Shown here in pieces: positions 57,960 through 61,601 of a DNA stretch of 61,601 nucleotides; within the stretch, counting starts at the first letter, position 1, and every line of letters begins with the position of its first letter. The stretch comes from Gemmatimonadaceae bacterium (GTDB lineage Bacteria > Gemmatimonadota > Gemmatimonadetes > Gemmatimonadales > Gemmatimonadaceae). The stretch lies in NCBI GenBank assembly GCA_044224875.1, contig JBGAJQ010000025.1, positions 1 through 61,601 on the forward strand, written 5' to 3'. Below the pieces are notes generated by a model. It saw only the letters and a program-made list of their open reading frames with translations. It was not told where the DNA came from and searched no databases. The translations under genes and the position numbers were made by a program.

Positions 57960-58033
57960 TCGGGGCGACTGGATTTGAACCAGCGACCTCCTGCTCCCGA
58001 AGCAGGCGCGCTACCGGGCTACGCTACGCCCCG
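57960..58033 (-). tRNA. tRNA-Pro(CGG)
   Basis: CGGGGCGTAGCG..., CCTGC-TT-CGG-GA-GCAGG. Confidence 0.95.
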
Positions 58034-58063
58034 AAAAATCACAACTTCCAATGACCTTGGAAA

Positions 58064-58097
58064 CGCGCCCTGAGAGACTCGAACTCCCAACCTTCTG
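58064..58097 (-). pseudogene. 3' half of a tRNA-Arg-like gene (5' half missing)
   Basis: CAGAAGGTTGGGAGTTCGAGTCTCTCAGGGCGCG; 32/34 identical to 3' half of tRNA-Arg(TCG). Confidence 0.75.
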
Positions 58098-58130
58098 GTG
58101 GTCGCGACGCGATTCCCATGGAGCAGGGGC

Positions 58131-58159
58131 AACCTAGACGGTCACTGAAGGAGGGTCAA
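58131..58159 (-). promoter_or_regulatory. Sigma-70 promoter upstream of tRNA fragment and tRNA-Pro
   Basis: TTGACC-N17-TAGGTT. Confidence 0.6.
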
Positions 58160-58323
58160 GCCTCGGCGGTCCCGTGTCGCGCTGCGATAAACCATTCCAG
58201 CACCGAACGTTGACGAATTCGGTGTGCGTCGGCGCTTTTAGCTCTCCCCTGGCGGTGGCGAGTGCTTCGCCTCGACCGTGAAGGACCCTTGGTGAGACGA
58301 TCACGCAAAACGCGTCACGGCAG

Positions 58324-58351
58324 AAAAAAAGAGGCTCCCAATGGGAGCCTC
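58324..58351 (-). terminator. Intrinsic terminator after tRNA-Val
   Basis: GAGGCTCCC-ATT-GGGAGCCTC followed by T7. Confidence 0.88.
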
Positions 58352-58357
58352 CAGTCA

Positions 58358-58431
58358 TGGGCGGTACAAGACTCGAACTTGTGACCTCCACGATGTCAAC
58401 GTGGCGCTCTAACCAACTGAGCTAACCGCCC
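58358..58431 (-). tRNA. tRNA-Val(GAC)
   Basis: CCACG-TT-GAC-AT-CGTGG anticodon arm. Confidence 0.95.
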
Positions 58432-58547
58432 CAACTCGACGAACTGACCCAAAGATCCCGCCTCGAAACGACGACGAAGCAAAATCGAAGGGAAATACGT
58501 ATTACAACTATTAAGAAGACCGCCGCCGAGTGTCCGACGCCTTCGAG

Positions 58548-58620
58548 AGCGGGAAACGGGACTCGAACCCGCGACCCCAACCTTGGCAAGGTTGTGCTCT
58601 ACCAACTGAGCTATTCCCGC
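58548..58620 (-). tRNA. tRNA-Gly(GCC)
   Basis: GCGGGAATAGCTCAG, CAACC-TT-GCC-AA-GGTTG. Confidence 0.96.
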
Positions 58621-58677
58621 AGTACCGGCTAAATGCACGAGCCGGTGGGTGCTTTGGGGAGCCGGCACCCCGCGGCA

Positions 58678-58750
<73 letters not shown>

Positions 58751-58791
58751 AAGACCAACCGGCCCACGAAGGGTGCCGATAGGAACCGAAA

Positions 58792-58820
58792 ATTGTACTC
58801 CCGGGTAAAGTCGATGTCAA
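58792..58820 (-). promoter_or_regulatory. Sigma-70 promoter of the Ala-Gly-Val tRNA operon
   Basis: TTGACA-N17-TACAAT. Confidence 0.85.
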
Positions 58821-58978
58821 GAAAACCGATCTGGCGAAGTACCGGCAAATCAGTATCTTCCACCATCTTGCAGCACGCGGTCTCTGCCTGACGAGTCGTT
58901 CGTTTCCGCGTTTCTTTTCCGTAGGCCAAGCGGCGCAATTTGCCGCGTCGCCATAGATCATCCCAAGGACCCATCCCA

Positions 58979-59869
58979 ATGACCGAAGTCAAGCGCCGCC
59001 GCCGCCGCCGCGTTACCCCTGCGGGTATTGCGCCGAGCGAACCGGAGCGCGACATCCTCGATCAGTACCTCTATGAGGTCAGCACCTACCCCCTGCTCAA
59101 GGCCGTCGAGGAAATCGAACTCGCACGGAAGATTCGAGCGGGCGATCAGGACGCGCTCCAGGAGTTGGTGAAGCGGAACCTCCGTTTCGTCATCTCCGTT
59201 GCCAAGAAGTACCAGAACCGCGGGCTCCCGCTGATCGACCTGATCGGTGAGGGCAACGTGGGCCTGCTTACGGCTGCTCGCAAATTCGATCCGGACCAGG
59301 GCGTGAAGTTCATCTCCTACGCCGTGTGGTGGATTCGCCAAGCCATCCTGTCCTCCCTGGCTCGCCAGGGACGCACGGTCCGTGTGCCGCTCAACCGTAC
59401 GGCGGACCTCTCGCGCATCATCAAGGCGTCCGAAATCCTGCGCCAGAAGTTGCGTCGCGAGCCCAGCCCCGAAGAACTGTCGCAGCTGACGGGGCTGTCG
59501 GTGGATGTCGTGCAGTCGCTCGCCGCCCTCAACACCGGCGACGTCCGCCTGGACGCACCCATGGACCCCGAAGGTGACCGCGCCCTCATCGAACGATTCG
59601 TCGCCGATGAGATGCCCGACACCGAAGAGGAAGCCATGAACCGCTTCCTCACCGACGAAATCGAACTCGCGTTAGGCACGCTCCCGCCGCGCGACGCCAA
59701 GGTCCTGCGTCTCTACTTCGGTCTCGAGGGCGGGCGCGAGCACACGCTCGAGGAAATCGGCTCGATGCTCGGCGTCACCCGCGAGCGCGTGCGCCAGCTG
59801 CGCGACCGCGCCCTCAAGCGCCTCCGCGAAGGCGACGTCGGTCGCGCCCTCTCCAGCTTCGCCGCCTAA
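58979..59869 (+). CDS. RpoD/SigA-family sigma-70 factor lacking region 1.1
   Basis: NLRFVISVAKKYQNRGL, DLIGEGNVGL, KFISYAVWWIRQAI, TLEEIG...TRERVRQ. Confidence 0.92.
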   Translation: MTEVKRRRRRRVTPAGIAPSEPERDILDQYLYEVSTYPLLKAVEEIELARKIRAGDQDALQELVKRNLRFVISVAKKYQNRGLPLIDLIGEGNVGLLTAARKFDPDQGVKFISYAVWWIRQAILSSLARQGRTVRVPLNRTADLSRIIKASEILRQKLRREPSPEELSQLTGLSVDVVQSLAALNTGDVRLDAPMDPEGDRALIERFVADEMPDTEEEAMNRFLTDEIELALGTLPPRDAKVLRLYFGLEGGREHTLEEIGSMLGVTRERVRQLRDRALKRLREGDVGRALSSFAA

Positions 59870-59918
59870 GCCGCGCGCAAGCCAGGCAACGCAGCGCGAC
59901 GCATCGCATCGCAACGCA

Positions 59919-59955
59919 AACGGGCGAGCCCTCACCGGCTCGCCCGTTCGTCTTT
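59919..59955 (+). terminator. Intrinsic terminator after sigma factor
   Basis: AACGGGCGAGCC/GGCTCGCCCGTT stem then CGTCTTT. Confidence 0.7.
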
Positions 59956-60031
59956 CACCCCCGGGTGAACATCCCCTTTCGCGCCTCACATTCATGCTGT
60001 TGATTGCGACCGAGGACGCGAGTCCCGCACG

Positions 60032-60071
60032 CTCGTCCTCTCGTCCTCTCGTCCTCCCGTCTTCTCGTCTT
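60032..60071. repeat. Five imperfect tandem 8-mers (CTCGTCCT)
   Basis: CTCGTCCT x3, CCCGTCTT, CTCGTCTT. Confidence 0.8.
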
Positions 60072-60081
60072 CTGCAGTCAC

Positions 60082-60787
60082 GTGATTTCCCTCCAGAACG
60101 TCTACAAGTCCTTCGGTCCCAAGAAGGTCCTCCAGGGCTTCACGCTCGACGTCGCCGAGGGAGAGACGATGGTCATCATCGGCTACTCGGGGAGCGGGAA
60201 GTCGGTCGCGATCAAGCACATCGTCGCCCAAGCTCTCGCGGCGCGACCTCTACGCCCTGCGCTTCGAAGATCGGCTACGTCTTCCAGTTCGCCGCGCTCT
60301 TCGACTCGCTCACCATCGGCGAGAACGTGGCGATGGGGCTGCGCAAGCAGAGAATCCTCGCGCCCAAGGAAGTCGGGGAGCGCGTGCAGGAAGTGCTCGA
60401 ACTCGTCGACCTGCCTAACGTGCAGGACCGGTACCCGGCCGAGCTCTCCGGCGGCATGCGCAAGCGCGTCGGACTCGCGCGCGCCATCGCCCTCCGGCCC
60501 AAGTACATCCTGTACGATGAACCCACCACGGGGCTCGATCCCGTGACGAGCGCCGTCATCGACGAGCTGATGGTGCGCATGCGCGAGAAGCTGGGGGTGA
60601 CGAGCATCGTCATCACGCACGACATGCGCAGCGCGTATCACGTGGGGAGCAAGATCGCCATGCTCTACGAGGGGAAGGTGCGCCAGGTCGGGACGGTCGA
60701 CGAGATCCGCAACTCGACCGATCCCATCGTGCGGCAGTTCGTCGAGGGCGCCGACCTCGAGGAAGCGATCCGGCCAAGGTGCCCTGA
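60082..60787 (+). pseudogene. MlaF/Ttg2A-like ABC ATPase, frameshifted (likely sequence errors)
   Basis: Walker A GYSGSGKS in one frame; IGYVFQFAALFDS, LSGGMRKRV, LYDEPTTGLDP in another; end approximate. Confidence 0.75.
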
Positions 60788-60791
60788 CCCC

Positions 60792-61200
60792 ATGGCCGCG
60801 GGGGGAGGGCGGGCGCGCGAGGAGGTCTCGGCAGGAGGGGTGGTCGTACGCCTCGAGGAGGCGCCCCCTCTTCCTCATCATTCGTGACTCCTACCGCAAC
60901 TGGGGCTTCCCAAGGGGCACCTTGAATTGGGCGAGACGGCAGACGCCGCCGCGATGCGTGAGGTGGCCGAGGAGACCGGCCTCCCCGACCTGCTGATCGG
61001 CGAGATCGAGACGATCGACTGGTACTTCCGCTTTCGCGGACGCCTGATCCACAAGGTCTGCCACTTCTTCCTGATGGAATCGGCGACCGCGGTCACCGCA
61101 CGAAGCGACGAGGGGATCACCGCCTGTCGCTGGGAGCCGATCGACAAGGCAGCCAGACTGGTGTCTACGAGAATGCGCGCGCCGTGCTCAAGCCGCGCAC
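60792..61200 (+). pseudogene. NUDIX hydrolase, frameshifted
   Basis: SAGGVV, WGFPKGH and Nudix box GETADAAAMREVAEETG spread over frames; end approximate. Confidence 0.7.
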
Positions 61201-61601
61201 AGGCTACGTCACGGCGGATGCAGCGGCGGGCGGGAGCCAGACGCCTGGCAGCGGACTACGCGATCCTCGAACTGGTCATCGCCCCCGTCGCCCTGACGGC
61301 CATGTCGCCCTCGGCTGCAGGTGCAGGTCCCGTTCATCAGCGTCGTCGTGCTCACCTCGCGCGACCGGGCGCGAGGCGGTCGTGAAGGACATGCCCACGC
61401 CCGGCGCGCCTGACGCTGGCGCGCACCATTCGGAGTTCGAGCTGCGCGGCTTCCCGCACGTCGCTGGTCGACGCGGCCATTGTCGACCTCGCGGGCCCCG
61501 CCGAGGACGTGATGCTCGCCGTCGACATGGCGCGCGAGTTTCCCAGTGCCCCCTTCTTCGCCCTCACCCCGCTGCGCGCCAACGAAGCCGCCGTCGCCGC
61601 C

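Noticed and set aside
58098..58320. Group I intron interrupting the tRNA-Arg fragment
   Set aside because: No 5' exon found upstream, no recognisable P7 core, and a sigma-70 promoter occupies the region

Overview
High-GC (about two-thirds G+C by eye) bacterial chromosome segment, probably Gemmatimonadota-like (inferred from gene content, not verified). Core genes on the left (partial rlmI-like methyltransferase, mltG, ruvX, rho) are followed by tRNA-Arg(CCG) and a ~51 kb flagellar/chemotaxis supercluster: EAL-HDOD, motAB, csrA, flg/flh/fli operons, a sigma-54 activator, flgL-fliW, a TPR-glycosyltransferase plus FkbM methyltransferase, fliC, fliD, fliS, flgM and cheY-Z-A-W-R-D-Y2-X. The cluster ends at tRNA-Arg(TCG). 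To the right are a Tat-exported GH51, a sorbosone-dehydrogenase-like gene, a tRNA cluster, a sigma-70 factor and frameshifted ABC-ATPase/NUDIX genes. The most unusual signals are: (1) a non-palindromic motif CCTAAC(G)/(C)GTTAGG seen 45 times in both orientations, in five coding contexts and in intergenic DNA, usually requiring rare codons, so it looks like a DNA-level iterated signal; (2) a FliK-like protein carrying an internal M15-type peptidoglycan peptidase domain, while FlgJ lacks a hydrolase domain; (3) a readable sigma-54/enhancer, sigma-28 and CsrA regulatory architecture. Several short deletions and duplications (flhB, cheA, cheR, a tRNA-Arg, the right end) may be assembly artefacts.
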